Shown here one piece after another: positions 9,315-19,470 of a stretch of DNA of 64,000 nt. Within the stretch, counting starts at the first letter, position 1, and each line of letters opens with the position of its first letter. Position numbers and translations under genes: made by a program. The notes beneath the pieces were generated by a model. That model had not been told where the DNA came from and searched no databases. It saw only the letters and a list, made by a program, of their open reading frames with translations. Source of the DNA: Gemmatimonadales bacterium (GTDB taxonomy: Bacteria; Gemmatimonadota; Gemmatimonadetes; Gemmatimonadales; GWC2-71-9); contig JBFGJG010000012.1 in assembly GCA_041577295.1 (NCBI GenBank), positions 1 through 64,000 of the forward strand. Direction: 5' to 3'.

Positions 9315-11756
9315 ATGCTAAGCGATCTGCGCTACGCCTACAGACAGTTCGTCAAATATCCGGGGTTCACCGCGATCGCGATTCTCACGCTTGCGGTTGG
9401 GATTGGTGCCACGACGACGATCTTTAGTGCGGTCAACGCGGTACTGCTACGGCCCCTTCCCGTTGCTGATCCCGCTCGCGTGGTTCGCATCTTCGCCGAC
9501 GAGCCTGGCACCGGTCTGCGGCGTGACTTCTCATTCGGAGACTATCGCGACTATCGAGAGGAGAACCGAACCCTCCAGAGCCTGGTGGGGGCCCAGCCGT
9601 TCCGAGCTGGCATCAGCATCGATGGGGTGAGCGAGCTCGCCTCCGGTGAGTTCGTTACGGCGAATTTCTTCGACGGCCTCGGCATCGAGCCGGTGTTGGG
9701 GCGAGGGTTTGTCACTGACGAGGAACGTGCGCCGAACGCCGCAGCGGTCGTGGTGCTCGGATACGATCTGTGGCGTCGACTCACGGGAGGCGATTCCACG
9801 GTGGTGGGTCGCGTGGCGAGGCTCAACAATCGCCCGTTCACAGTCGTAGGGGTCGCGCCCCGCGGGTTTGGGGGAACCAATTTCGCCGTTGCACGGGAAA
9901 TGTGGGTCCCCATCATGATGCGGGGTACCCTAGAACCGGCGCAGATGGCCGGGAGCTGGGTCGACGATCGTCAGGCTCTTGTGATCGAGCTCCTCGGTGT
10001 GCTCTTGCCTACGGCGAGGCGCGCCGATGCGCAGGCCGATCTGAATGCCATCACCGAGCGGTTGGCTGTGCGGTACCCTCGGTCCCACGCGGGCGTCTCG
10101 GTGCGCGTCGTCTCGGAGCGGGCCGGTTTGATCAATCCGGAGATGCCAAGGCTCGTCACGATCGCCGGCCTTGTCATGCTGGCCGTGGTCGCGCTGGTGC
10201 TGATCGTCGTCTGTGCCAACGTGGCGGGGCTCTTACTCGCGCGAGCGGTGGCCCGTGAGCAGGAAGTCGGTGTGCGTCTGGCGCTGGGGGCCTCTCGCGG
10301 ACGGCTCGTGCGCCTGCTCCTCCTCGAGAGTGCGCTGCTGGCCGTCCCCGCCGGGGTGCTCGGTTTGTTGACCGCCGCCTGGGCGAGTCCGCTCTACACG
10401 GCGTTTCTTCCGAGCGCAAATACGCCGACGCTCGACTTTTCACCGGACAGGTCGGTCGCCCTGTTTGCCGTGAGTTGCTCGCTAGCAGCCGTGGTCCTCT
10501 TTGGACTTGCGCCCGCTCTGTTCGCGACACGAGCCTCCGCGCTGACCGCGCTCGCATCTGGCGGGCGCAGCGGCGTTCCACGCAAGCGGCTGCGTCTCCT
10601 GCGGGCGGTGGCCGGTGTGCAGCTCGCCCTGTCCGTCATCGTGCTCACCGTCGCCGGTCTGCTAATTCGGGCGGCTCTGTGGCAACAGGCGATCGATCCT
10701 GGATTCGATCCGAGTGGCAGGCTTGCCATCTCGTTCGACGTGCGGGTCAATGATTACGAACCAGCTGAAGGCCACAGGTTTTACGATGAGTTAGTCGCAC
10801 GGGTATCGACGCTGCCTGGCGTGCGATCGGCGAGCCTCACGCATGCCAGCATCCTTGGACTGACGCCCGAGACTCGGCTGCTATCCGGAGAGCGAGTGCG
10901 TGATAGTGACACCACCGGCATGCGGATCGCATTCAATGTCGTTGGCGACGATTACTTCCGTACGGTAGGAACACCGCTGCTGCGAGGTCGCGGGTTTACG
11001 TCCGAGGATCGGGTAGGCGGTCGGTCGGTGGTCATTGTCAATCAGTCGCTGGCCCGACGGTTGGGGGGCGAGGAGGCCGCGGTGGGGCAACAGCTCGCCA
11101 TCGGCGAGACCGAGTCGCCGGTCGAGGTCATTGGCGTCGCGGCGGACGCAAAATACACCGCGCTTGCGGAGGCGCCACAACCGTTCCTGTACCTCCCGTT
11201 CGGTCAGCACTACCGCGCAGCCATGTCGATCATCGTGTGGTCAGGGTGCGAACCGGCGTCCGTGGTGCGGAGCATTCGAGATCAGGTGCGGTCGATCGAT
11301 GGGACCATGCCCGTCACGCGCGTGGTCACGCTACAGGAGGCTGTGGATACCGATCTTGCCCTCGCACGCACCGCGTCGGTGTTGGCCGTGAGTATCGGGG
11401 TCTTGGTGCTCTTTCTCGCAACCCTCGGTCTGTTTGGTGTGCTGTCGTTTTCCATGCGCCGACGGACGAGAGAGATCGGCATTCGCATGGCGCTCGGCGC
11501 CCGCCAACGCGATATCCTGCAACTCGTTCTCGGGCAGGGTCTCTCCCTCGCGGCGTTGGCAACGGCTATTGGGGTCGGATTGGCCGGGTTGTTCGTCGGC
11601 CAACTTTCTGGTCTGTTTTTTGACATTTCGCCACGAGATCCGCTGACCTTTGGTGCAGTGGTGCTCACACTCATCGCCGTATCCACGTTCGCCACCTACC
11701 TGCCCGCGCGCCGCGCCGCGCGATTACAGCCCATGGAGTCACTCCGCGAGGAGTAA
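9315..11756 (+). CDS. ADOP-type duplicated MacB/FtsX ABC permease #3
   Basis: MLSDLRYAYRQF..LAVGIGATTTIFS; start could be TTG 9297. Confidence 0.92.
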   Translation: MLSDLRYAYRQFVKYPGFTAIAILTLAVGIGATTTIFSAVNAVLLRPLPVADPARVVRIFADEPGTGLRRDFSFGDYRDYREENRTLQSLVGAQPFRAGISIDGVSELASGEFVTANFFDGLGIEPVLGRGFVTDEERAPNAAAVVVLGYDLWRRLTGGDSTVVGRVARLNNRPFTVVGVAPRGFGGTNFAVAREMWVPIMMRGTLEPAQMAGSWVDDRQALVIELLGVLLPTARRADAQADLNAITERLAVRYPRSHAGVSVRVVSERAGLINPEMPRLVTIAGLVMLAVVALVLIVVCANVAGLLLARAVAREQEVGVRLALGASRGRLVRLLLLESALLAVPAGVLGLLTAAWASPLYTAFLPSANTPTLDFSPDRSVALFAVSCSLAAVVLFGLAPALFATRASALTALASGGRSGVPRKRLRLLRAVAGVQLALSVIVLTVAGLLIRAALWQQAIDPGFDPSGRLAISFDVRVNDYEPAEGHRFYDELVARVSTLPGVRSASLTHASILGLTPETRLLSGERVRDSDTTGMRIAFNVVGDDYFRTVGTPLLRGRGFTSEDRVGGRSVVIVNQSLARRLGGEEAAVGQQLAIGETESPVEVIGVAADAKYTALAEAPQPFLYLPFGQHYRAAMSIIVWSGCEPASVVRSIRDQVRSIDGTMPVTRVVTLQEAVDTDLALARTASVLAVSIGVLVLFLATLGLFGVLSFSMRRRTREIGIRMALGARQRDILQLVLGQGLSLAALATAIGVGLAGLFVGQLSGLFFDISPRDPLTFGAVVLTLIAVSTFATYLPARRAARLQPMESLREE

Positions 11757-11780
11757 CGAGAGCAGCTTCTGGGGGTTCTC

Positions 11781-14186
11781 ATGAGCACCACATTACAAGA
11801 TCTCCGGTTCGCGATTCGGACCTCCCTGCGGTCACCCGTGTTCACCGCCACAGTGATTCTCACCTTGGGAATCGGTATCGGCGTCAACACGGCCATGTTC
11901 AGTGTCGTCAACAGTATTCTGCTTCAACCGCTCGATTATCAGACCCCAGAGTCACTCGTGGTGGTGTGGAACGACAATCGACAAAAGGGGGTGGAGCGGG
12001 AGCCGATCGCACACCTGACGTTCGAGACGTTCCGCAGGGAAGCGCAAACGCTGTCGGGGCTCGCGGTCGCAACACCCAGCTGGAACTTCACTCTGACGGT
12101 GGGGGATGGACGAGAGCGGGTCACCGGACAGTTTGTTTCGGCAGGCCTCTTCCCGACGCTGGGTGTAGAGCCAGCACTGGGGCGCTGGTTTGGACCCGAC
12201 GAGGACCAATCCGATGCCGCTCGTGTGGTGGTTCTCGGTCATCAACTCTGGCGCGATCGGTTTGGTGCCGACAGCACAATCGTTGGTCGGGTGATCACAC
12301 TCGATGATCAGCTGGCCACGGTGGTTGGTGTCATGCCGGCGGGCTTTCGCTTTCTGGAGGACAGCCAGCTGTGGGTTCCGCACGTGCACAACCGGTTTTA
12401 CGGTACGCGCTCGGTGCGGCTCTGGTCCGCCGTCGGACGCTTGGCGGGGGGAGCGACGGTCCCGCACGCACAGGCGGAGCTGGAAACCATCGCGCGCCGT
12501 CTCGAGGCCGAGTACCCCTCGAGCCATGCACATCTCGGCGCCACCGTCGTCCGACTGCACGATCAGGTGGTCGGCGCGGTACGCACCGGTCTGCTGGCAC
12601 TGCTTGGAGGGGTCGGGTTCGTTCTGTTGATCGCGTGCGCCAATGTGGCGAGCCTGTTCCTGTCCCGCAGTGTGTCCCGAACCGGTGAGGTCGCTGTACG
12701 CACTGCGATGGGAGCCAGTCGCGCGCGGCTAGCGCGGCAATTCGTTACGGAAAGCATTGCGATCACGCTTGCCGGCGGGGCCGTTGGATTGCTCACCGCG
12801 TATTGGGCTGTCGAGGGCCTTCGCATCGTGGGGCCGGACAGCCTACCGCGACTGAATGAGCTCAGGATTGATCGTGTGGTCCTCGCGTTCACGATAGGTG
12901 TCACCGGACTTACCGGCCTGGCGTTTGGGCTCCTACCGGTTTGGTTGCGGGGCAGCTCGGAGCCTCGGCGAGCGCTCGGCGATCGCACTGGAAGCGTGCG
13001 GTCTCGTAAGGTGGGTCGAGCGCGTTCTGCCCTCGTAGTTGCTCAAATTGCGTTGGCCCTCGTCCTGCTCGTTGGTTCAGGGCTTCTCGTGCGTAGTTTC
13101 GTAACCTTGCTCGATGTCGACCCAGGATTCGTGTCGGATCGCGTATTGACCTTGCGCATGGCCGTCACTGGCGAGCAATACGCAACTGATGACGACCGCG
13201 CGACGTTCTATCGGGCCTTGATGGATTCCCTCGAGGCTATTCCCGGTGTTGACGTGGCCGGAGCGACCACACGGCTTCCACTGGGAGACGGTCTCACCAC
13301 GACGCTCGACATCGCCGGCAACCCTCTGCCGCAAAGCGAGCAGCCTGAAGTAGAGTTGCGACGCGCTACACCCGGGTATTTTCGCGCGATGAGTATTCCA
13401 CTCGTCAGCGGCCGCATGTTCACCGAGGCAGACGACGCAAACGCGCCCCTCGTGGCCGTGGTCAACCAACGGCTCGCGCAACAACTGCTCGGAGCAAATC
13501 CAGTCGGTGCCCAGATCAGATTCTTCGGATCCGATCCTGATCGGCCATGGTTGGAAGTGGTGGGGGTAGTCGGTGACGTACGGCAGTTTGCCTTGGATCA
13601 GGACGTACAGCCGGAGGTGTACACGCCGTTTGCCCAAAATCCTCCTACGCACCCTCAGGTCGCGATTCGGACCGCAGTTGCACCCATCGCACTTACCGCG
13701 ACAGTACGCAATCGTATTCGTCAAATCGACCCTGGGCTCGTCGTCTGGGACGTTGACGCCTTATCCCAAAGAGTGTCCGCATCGCTCGCCGAGCGCCGGT
13801 TTCAGCTGATGCTCGCATCGGTGTTCGCGTCCATGGCGTTGCTCCTGGCCGCCATCGGCATCTATGGCGTGGTGAACGAAATGGTCTCCCAGCGCATGCA
13901 CGAGATTGGCGTACGCCTCGCCCTCGGGGCCGACCGCCGACGCGTCCTCGGTCTCATTGTCGGGCGCGGACTAATCCTGACCGCGGCGGGCATGACAATC
14001 GGGTTAGTGGCGTCGTATGGCGTGTCACGATTGCTGGAGAGCTTGCTCTTTGGTGTGACACCCACGGATCCCGCCGCATTCGCAAGCGTCTCCGTCATGT
14101 TGGGCCTGGTCGCATTCCTCGCCGCGTACCTGCCTTCTCGCCGCGCGTCCCGTCTCGATCCAGCGCGCGTCCTCCGGTACGAATGA
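11781..14186 (+). CDS. ADOP-type duplicated MacB/FtsX ABC permease #4
   Basis: QDLRFAIRT..GIGVNTAMFS..LLIACANV..RLDPARVLRYE. Confidence 0.93.
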   Translation: MSTTLQDLRFAIRTSLRSPVFTATVILTLGIGIGVNTAMFSVVNSILLQPLDYQTPESLVVVWNDNRQKGVEREPIAHLTFETFRREAQTLSGLAVATPSWNFTLTVGDGRERVTGQFVSAGLFPTLGVEPALGRWFGPDEDQSDAARVVVLGHQLWRDRFGADSTIVGRVITLDDQLATVVGVMPAGFRFLEDSQLWVPHVHNRFYGTRSVRLWSAVGRLAGGATVPHAQAELETIARRLEAEYPSSHAHLGATVVRLHDQVVGAVRTGLLALLGGVGFVLLIACANVASLFLSRSVSRTGEVAVRTAMGASRARLARQFVTESIAITLAGGAVGLLTAYWAVEGLRIVGPDSLPRLNELRIDRVVLAFTIGVTGLTGLAFGLLPVWLRGSSEPRRALGDRTGSVRSRKVGRARSALVVAQIALALVLLVGSGLLVRSFVTLLDVDPGFVSDRVLTLRMAVTGEQYATDDDRATFYRALMDSLEAIPGVDVAGATTRLPLGDGLTTTLDIAGNPLPQSEQPEVELRRATPGYFRAMSIPLVSGRMFTEADDANAPLVAVVNQRLAQQLLGANPVGAQIRFFGSDPDRPWLEVVGVVGDVRQFALDQDVQPEVYTPFAQNPPTHPQVAIRTAVAPIALTATVRNRIRQIDPGLVVWDVDALSQRVSASLAERRFQLMLASVFASMALLLAAIGIYGVVNEMVSQRMHEIGVRLALGADRRRVLGLIVGRGLILTAAGMTIGLVASYGVSRLLESLLFGVTPTDPAAFASVSVMLGLVAFLAAYLPSRRASRLDPARVLRYE

Positions 14187-14192
14187 TCGGCA

Positions 14193-14213
14193 GGGAGGAG
14201 GGAGGAGAGGCGA
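14193..14213 (+). repeat. Heptamer repeat GGGAGGA-GGGAGGA-GAGGCGA after the stop codon
   Basis: Read directly from the sequence. Confidence 0.5.
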
Positions 14214-14259
14214 GCCACGCGCTGACTCGGGGAGGCAAGTTGCGATGCGGGGACAGTAG

Positions 14260-14294
14260 TTCCGCATCCGGGATGCACCATCCCACGAGCGGAC
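14260..14294. promoter_or_regulatory. Putative upstream activator site, copy 2
   Basis: TTCCG-CATC-CGGGAT-GCACC-ATCCCA-CGAG-CGGAC; ends 76 bp before the sigma54 box, as in copy 1. Confidence 0.75.
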
Positions 14295-14329
14295 GCACGG
14301 GCCGGGCGGGGTGCGGCAGCCCATCGGTG

Positions 14330-14354
14330 TAATTCACTATACGGCAGCCATTTA
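14330..14354. promoter_or_regulatory. IHF-like element, copy 2
   Basis: TAA-N4-CTA-N5-CAG-N4-TTA, starts 40 bp before the sigma54 box. Confidence 0.5.
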
Positions 14355-14369
14355 GCGTTCACGCCGACG

Positions 14370-14384
14370 TGGCATCGGCATTGC
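14370..14384 (+). promoter_or_regulatory. Sigma54 -24/-12 promoter, copy 2
   Basis: TGGCAT-CGGCA-TTGC, GG-N10-GC. Confidence 0.85.
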
Positions 14385-14412
14385 CTTACCGATACCTGAG
14401 CAACGAGTGATG

Positions 14413-14496
14413 CGACGCGCCGGGGACCCTGCCACCCGGTAGGGTTCTCGCCAGGGAGGGGCGAGCGAGACCACACACGACTTGCCCGGCGCGTCG
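14413..14496 (+). ncRNA. Candidate structured 5' leader RNA (four-way junction)
   Basis: P1 14413-24/14485-96 (12 perfect bp), P2 14425-33/14438-46, P3 14447-52/14460-65, P4 14466-69/14481-84, folded by hand; family unknown. Confidence 0.5.
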
Positions 14497-14519
14497 ACCC
14501 TCGGCCCGGAGGTGGCGCC

Positions 14520-16937
14520 ATGCTTCTCGACTTCCGTTACGCACTTCGTCAATTCATCCGACGACCGAGCTTCACGGCAATTGCGGTCATCACGCTCGCC
14601 CTCGGCATAGGGGCCACCACCGCAATTTTCAGCGTCGTTGACCATCTCATGCTCCGGGATCTGCCGTTTCCGGATGCCGAGCAGATCGTCACGATCTGGC
14701 AGGACAACCAGCGCGACCAAAACCCGCGAGAAGATGTCGCCCCAGGCAACTACCTCGATTGGGAAGAGCGACAGCAGGTGTTCGCCGCCATCGGCGCGGC
14801 CGTTCCGTATAGCATGGACCTCACGGGTGAGGGCCATCGCCCTGAGGTGATTTTCTCATCACAGGTGTCATCGGGGTTCTTCGCAGCCCTCGGTGCACGA
14901 CCCGTTCTCGGGCGGGTGTTGCAGGAAGAGGATTTTCGAGAGGGCGCGGGCAAGGTTGCGGTCATCGGTTACGGCCTCTGGCAGCGGCGCTTTGGTGGTG
15001 ACTCGACACTCGTGGGCCGGGCACTCACGCTCGATGGCGAGCCATACATCGTGGTTGGTATTCTACCGGCCGACTTCGACCTCGGTCTCATGTACAGCGT
15101 GGGGAAGCGAGAGCTTTGGACCCCACTGCTGCTGCAGGGTTGGGAGCGGAATGCTCGCTCGAGCGCGTGGTGGACCGTAATTGCCCGGCTTGGGCCGGCA
15201 GTCTCGCTATCTCTGGCACGAGCCGACATGGATCGCATCGCGGCGAATCTCTCCGAAGAGTATCCGGCGACCAACGAAGGTATCGGCGTCTCAATCGTTC
15301 CGCTACGCGAGCATTTGACCGGGGCGGCACGGCCTGCGTTGCTGGTGCTGCTCGGAGCCGTCGCACTCGTACTGCTGATTGCCTGCACGAACGTGGCGCA
15401 CCTCCAACTCGCCCGCGGAACGGAGCGCGTGTCGGAGTTCGCAGTTCGATCGGCATTGGGTGGCGAGCGCCTTCGCCTGTTGCGACAGTTGCTCACGGAG
15501 AGCCTAGTGCTGTCGCTAGTCGGGGCAGGTGCTGGACTTGCGGTTGCGTATTGGGGAGTTGACCTGGTCAAAGCACTCAGTCCCGGAGACATCCCCCGGA
15601 TGGAAACGGTGGCGGTAGATCTCCGCATCCTCCTGTTTGCGGGTGGACTGGCCGTGTTCACCGCGTTGATCTCGGGACTTGCACCGGCGCTGCAGTTCTC
15701 CAACCCCCATCTCCAGGAAGTACTGAAGGAAGGAAGGGTTTTCGGGAGCCGGATGCGCGCGCGCCTGCGCGGCGGACTGATCATGGCGGAGACTGCCCTC
15801 GCGTTGATGCTGTTGGTCGGGGCCGGTTTGCTTCTGCGCAGCTTCGCCAAGATTCTGGAAGTCGATCCGGGGTTTCGAACTGAAGGGGTTCTCGCCCTTC
15901 AAGTGTTCTACTACGAGGACGGGCATAAGCGCGAGGACCGGGTTCAGTTCTTCAGCGAAACGATCGAGCGTATGGAAGCGCTTCCCGGCGTTCGCTCTGC
16001 CGGCGCCGTCTCGGCTGCCCCGTTTCTCGCAGCCAACATCGACATCAGAACGACGTTTGTCGCACTCGATCAGCCGGCGCCCCGAGAGGGGGAGGAGCCT
16101 CAGGGGTACATCTCGCATGTCACGCCTCGCTACTTCGAAACGCTCGGTATTCCACTTCTGCGTGGTCGTGGATTCAATCAGTTCGATCGCACCGGAACGC
16201 CACCGGTAGTCGTTATCAACGAGACGCTTCGCCGACGTTACTGGCCCGCGACCGATCCAATTGGGAAGAAGATCAAGATCGATAACTACTTCCAGGACGG
16301 TGTCGAAATCGTCGGTGTGGTTGGTGATGTGCGGCATACCGGACTCGATACCGATCCGCGTCCGGAGCTATTCGTCCCGCACGCGCAGACCGGAATGGGT
16401 TCGATGACTTTTTTTGTGCGGACCGAGAGCGCGCCAGCCGCATTCGTTGACGAGCTTCAACAGGTCATCTGGGATGTTGCTCCCTTACAAACGTTCTATC
16501 AGACCGGCACGGTGCCACAGCTGATATCCACGACGCTTGCGGGCAGGCGTTTCACGCTCGTGCTCCTGAACGCCTTCGCAGCCATCGCCCTCATCATGGC
16601 CGCTGTCGGGATCTATGGAGTGATGAGCGTTTCCGTCAGCCAGCGGACACACGAGGTGGGCCTGCGCATGGCGTTGGGGGCCGACGGTGACCGGCTCGTA
16701 CGGATGGTCGTGGGCGAAGGACTCAAGCTCACAAGTCTTGGCGTGGTGCTGGGTTTGGTGGCGGCGGCCTTTGGGGCGCAGGCCCTCAGCAGTCTGCTGT
16801 TTGAGATTCCGCCGCGAGATACCATCGCGTTCACCTCCGCTGTCTTCGTGCTGCTCGCTGGGGCCTTCATTGCGTGCTATCTGCCCGCTCGGCGCGCCAC
16901 ACGCGTCGATCCAGTGGAGGCGCTGCGATATGAGTAG
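14520..16937 (+). CDS. ADOP-type duplicated MacB/FtsX ABC permease #5
   Basis: Signature motifs; SD GGAGG at 14508-14512. Confidence 0.93.
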   Translation: MLLDFRYALRQFIRRPSFTAIAVITLALGIGATTAIFSVVDHLMLRDLPFPDAEQIVTIWQDNQRDQNPREDVAPGNYLDWEERQQVFAAIGAAVPYSMDLTGEGHRPEVIFSSQVSSGFFAALGARPVLGRVLQEEDFREGAGKVAVIGYGLWQRRFGGDSTLVGRALTLDGEPYIVVGILPADFDLGLMYSVGKRELWTPLLLQGWERNARSSAWWTVIARLGPAVSLSLARADMDRIAANLSEEYPATNEGIGVSIVPLREHLTGAARPALLVLLGAVALVLLIACTNVAHLQLARGTERVSEFAVRSALGGERLRLLRQLLTESLVLSLVGAGAGLAVAYWGVDLVKALSPGDIPRMETVAVDLRILLFAGGLAVFTALISGLAPALQFSNPHLQEVLKEGRVFGSRMRARLRGGLIMAETALALMLLVGAGLLLRSFAKILEVDPGFRTEGVLALQVFYYEDGHKREDRVQFFSETIERMEALPGVRSAGAVSAAPFLAANIDIRTTFVALDQPAPREGEEPQGYISHVTPRYFETLGIPLLRGRGFNQFDRTGTPPVVVINETLRRRYWPATDPIGKKIKIDNYFQDGVEIVGVVGDVRHTGLDTDPRPELFVPHAQTGMGSMTFFVRTESAPAAFVDELQQVIWDVAPLQTFYQTGTVPQLISTTLAGRRFTLVLLNAFAAIALIMAAVGIYGVMSVSVSQRTHEVGLRMALGADGDRLVRMVVGEGLKLTSLGVVLGLVAAAFGAQALSSLLFEIPPRDTIAFTSAVFVLLAGAFIACYLPARRATRVDPVEALRYE

Positions 16938-16991
16938 GACGGAAGGACGGAGGGACGGAACGATGGGAGGTTGGAGGGCTGGAAGGCCTGA
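16936..16991 (+). repeat. Seven degenerate 8-nt units: AGGACGGA AGGACGGA GGGACGGA ACGATGGG AGGTTGGA GGGCTGGA AGGCCTGA
   Basis: Read directly; 8-nt phase is kept throughout. Confidence 0.75.
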
Positions 16992-17009
16992 GAATCGGGA
17001 GTTGTTGGG

Positions 17010-19412
17010 ATGATGCAAGATCTGCGATACGCGGTTCGGTCGCTGTGGAACCGTCCCGCGTTCACCGTGGTAGCGTGTCTCACGCTCGCCATCGGCATCG
17101 GTGCCAACACGGCCATCTTCAGTCTCGTCCACGGGGTCTTGCTGAATCCGCTGCCGTATCCGGATGCCGAGCGGATCGTCGTGCTCCACGAGCAGCCAGC
17201 GCCCGCCGAGTCGGAACTGTACGAAGTGTCGTATCCCAATTTTCTCGACTGGCGCCGCGACAGTCGATCCTTTACACAGCTTGCTGCGTTCACCTTAGCC
17301 ACCGCCACCCTTCGTGGGGGCGACATGCCCGCGGAACGTGCGCTCGTCGGGTATGCGTCGGACGAGCTATTTGGGATGCTTGGGGTAAGGCCGGTCGTAG
17401 GCCGGTCCTTTACGCCCGAAGAACACGTGGAAGGTGGTGAAGCGGTTGCGATCCTCACACACCGCGTCTGGCAGGATCGGTATGGGGCCGATCGAGCTGT
17501 GGTTGGCCGATCGATCTCGGTGAGCGGCACACCGCACACGATCATCGGTGTCGCACCACAGACGTTCGAGTTTCCCACCGATGACCTTCAGCTGTGGATG
17601 CCGTTGGAGCGACTGGCAGACCAGATGCAGAACCGTGCCGCGCACATGCTCGACGTGTTGGGACGCCTCCGAGATGGTGTGCCCCGAGAGGTTGCTGAGG
17701 CCGAGCTGCAAACCGTCACAGCACGGATAGAGGACGCCTATCCCGGCGAGGATCCGTCGCATTCCGTAGTCGTAGTCCCGCTGCTGGATGAAATGGTGAG
17801 CGACACGCGGGGGATGCTGATCGTCCTGTTTGGAGCGGTCGTGTTCGTACTGTTGATTGCGTGCGCGAATGTCGCAGACCTCTTGCTGGTGCGGGCGTCC
17901 ACACGGCGTAGAGAGATGGCCGTGTGTGCTGCCCTGGGGGCGGACCGTTGGCGGGTGATACGTCAGCTCCTGGTCGAGAGTCTGGTGCTGGCCATCGCGG
18001 CCGGCGTGATCGGGATTGTGATCGCGTTCTGGGGAGTCGAAGTGTTGCTGCCGTACCTACCCGAATCAATTCCTCGGGTGGCGGAGGTAGGTGTGAACGG
18101 CCCGGTGCTCGCGTTCACGCTCGCCCTGACACTCGTGACCGGTATTGGCTTCGGTTTGGTTCCGGCGGTGACTAGCGCGAGGCCCGACCTCCATGGTTCG
18201 CTGACGCAACGCGAGGCCTCGTCGGCCGGTGGGAAGCCGGCACTCAAGAGCGCGCTGGCCATCGCACAAGTGGCGATCTCGCTGGTTCTCCTGGTGGGAG
18301 CGGGTCTGACTATCAAGAGCCTGTGGCGGCTCCAGCAGGTCGATCCCGGGTTCGAGCCGGAACACCTTCTCTCACTGACCGTGTCGCTCGCGGGCTCCGA
18401 ACTTCGTGAGGTCGAGCAGGTAACCGCCTTCTACGACGAATTGCGTGACCGAATTGAGGCCATCCCCGGTGTGCAAAGCGCGAGCGCCGTCAACACGCTG
18501 CCAGTGAGCGGTGGTGACTCGCGCGGCCAACTCACCATCGACGGCCGTCCATTTCCGCCTGGAAGAGCGCCTGCGGTGAGCTTTCGGCGAATCCAGCCCA
18601 ATTACTTCAGAACTATGCAGGTGCCGTTGCTCGAGGGTCGTGACTTTACAGTGCGCGACGGAGTCGACGAGCCGTTCGTCGTCATCATCAACGAGACCAT
18701 GGCGCGACGGTACTGGCCGGATGGTAGCCCCATTGGGAGCAGGATCAAAGTGGGTCCGTCGGAGCATGAGCCGTGGCTGACCGTCGTCGGCGTCGCCGCG
18801 GATCTGAAGAACGAGGGTCTCGCCGCCGGTCCCGATCTCGCAACCTATGAACCCCATCGGCAGCGCCCCTGGACCACCATGAACGTGCTCGTTCGGACTG
18901 CGGGCGACCCGCTGGCCTTGGTACCCGTCATCCGCGATGAAATCCGCCGAGCGGGAACCGATCTGCCGGTGTACAACATCACGACGCTGCGTCAGCGAAT
19001 CTCTGCTTCACTCGCCACTGAGCGATTTACAGTGATGCTGTTGATGATCTTTGCCGGGATCGCGCTGCTGCTTGCCATCATCGGCGTCTACGGTGTGATC
19101 TCGTTCTCGGTGTCACAGCGAACACGGGAGTTTGGCATCCGCATGGCGCTCGGCGCGGCCCGGAGGGACGTGGCCCGGCTGGTACTCCGACAAGGAGTGA
19201 TCCTCGCGTTTGTCGGAACGCTCATCGGCGTTGCCGCTGCACTCGGGTTTTCGAGGCTCTTGGTCGGCTTGCTATTCGGCGTGGAACCCACCGATGCGAC
19301 CACGTTCGTCTCGGTGGCGATGATCCTCCTGCTCTGTGCGTCGCTCGCAGCCTATCTGCCGGCCCGCCGCGCGACCCGAGTTCCTCCGATGGAAGCGCTG
19401 CGATACGAGTAG
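17010..19412 (+). CDS. ADOP-type duplicated MacB/FtsX ABC permease #6
   Basis: Signature motifs. Confidence 0.93.
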   Translation: MMQDLRYAVRSLWNRPAFTVVACLTLAIGIGANTAIFSLVHGVLLNPLPYPDAERIVVLHEQPAPAESELYEVSYPNFLDWRRDSRSFTQLAAFTLATATLRGGDMPAERALVGYASDELFGMLGVRPVVGRSFTPEEHVEGGEAVAILTHRVWQDRYGADRAVVGRSISVSGTPHTIIGVAPQTFEFPTDDLQLWMPLERLADQMQNRAAHMLDVLGRLRDGVPREVAEAELQTVTARIEDAYPGEDPSHSVVVVPLLDEMVSDTRGMLIVLFGAVVFVLLIACANVADLLLVRASTRRREMAVCAALGADRWRVIRQLLVESLVLAIAAGVIGIVIAFWGVEVLLPYLPESIPRVAEVGVNGPVLAFTLALTLVTGIGFGLVPAVTSARPDLHGSLTQREASSAGGKPALKSALAIAQVAISLVLLVGAGLTIKSLWRLQQVDPGFEPEHLLSLTVSLAGSELREVEQVTAFYDELRDRIEAIPGVQSASAVNTLPVSGGDSRGQLTIDGRPFPPGRAPAVSFRRIQPNYFRTMQVPLLEGRDFTVRDGVDEPFVVIINETMARRYWPDGSPIGSRIKVGPSEHEPWLTVVGVAADLKNEGLAAGPDLATYEPHRQRPWTTMNVLVRTAGDPLALVPVIRDEIRRAGTDLPVYNITTLRQRISASLATERFTVMLLMIFAGIALLLAIIGVYGVISFSVSQRTREFGIRMALGAARRDVARLVLRQGVILAFVGTLIGVAAALGFSRLLVGLLFGVEPTDATTFVSVAMILLLCASLAAYLPARRATRVPPMEALRYE

Positions 19413-19446
19413 GCGGCAGGACGGAAGGCGTAAGGTCGAAGGTTGA
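19411..19446 (+). repeat. Degenerate 7-8-nt units AGGCGGC AGGACGGA AGGCGTA AGGTCGA AGGTTGA
   Basis: Read directly from the sequence. Confidence 0.65.
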
Positions 19447-19470
19447 AATGGACGAGAGGGAGCTGCCGAG

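Noticed and set aside
14413..14496. Cloverleaf-like fold considered as a tRNA
   Set aside because: 12-bp closing stem, no GTTC T-loop, no 7-nt anticodon loop in the right place and no CCA end
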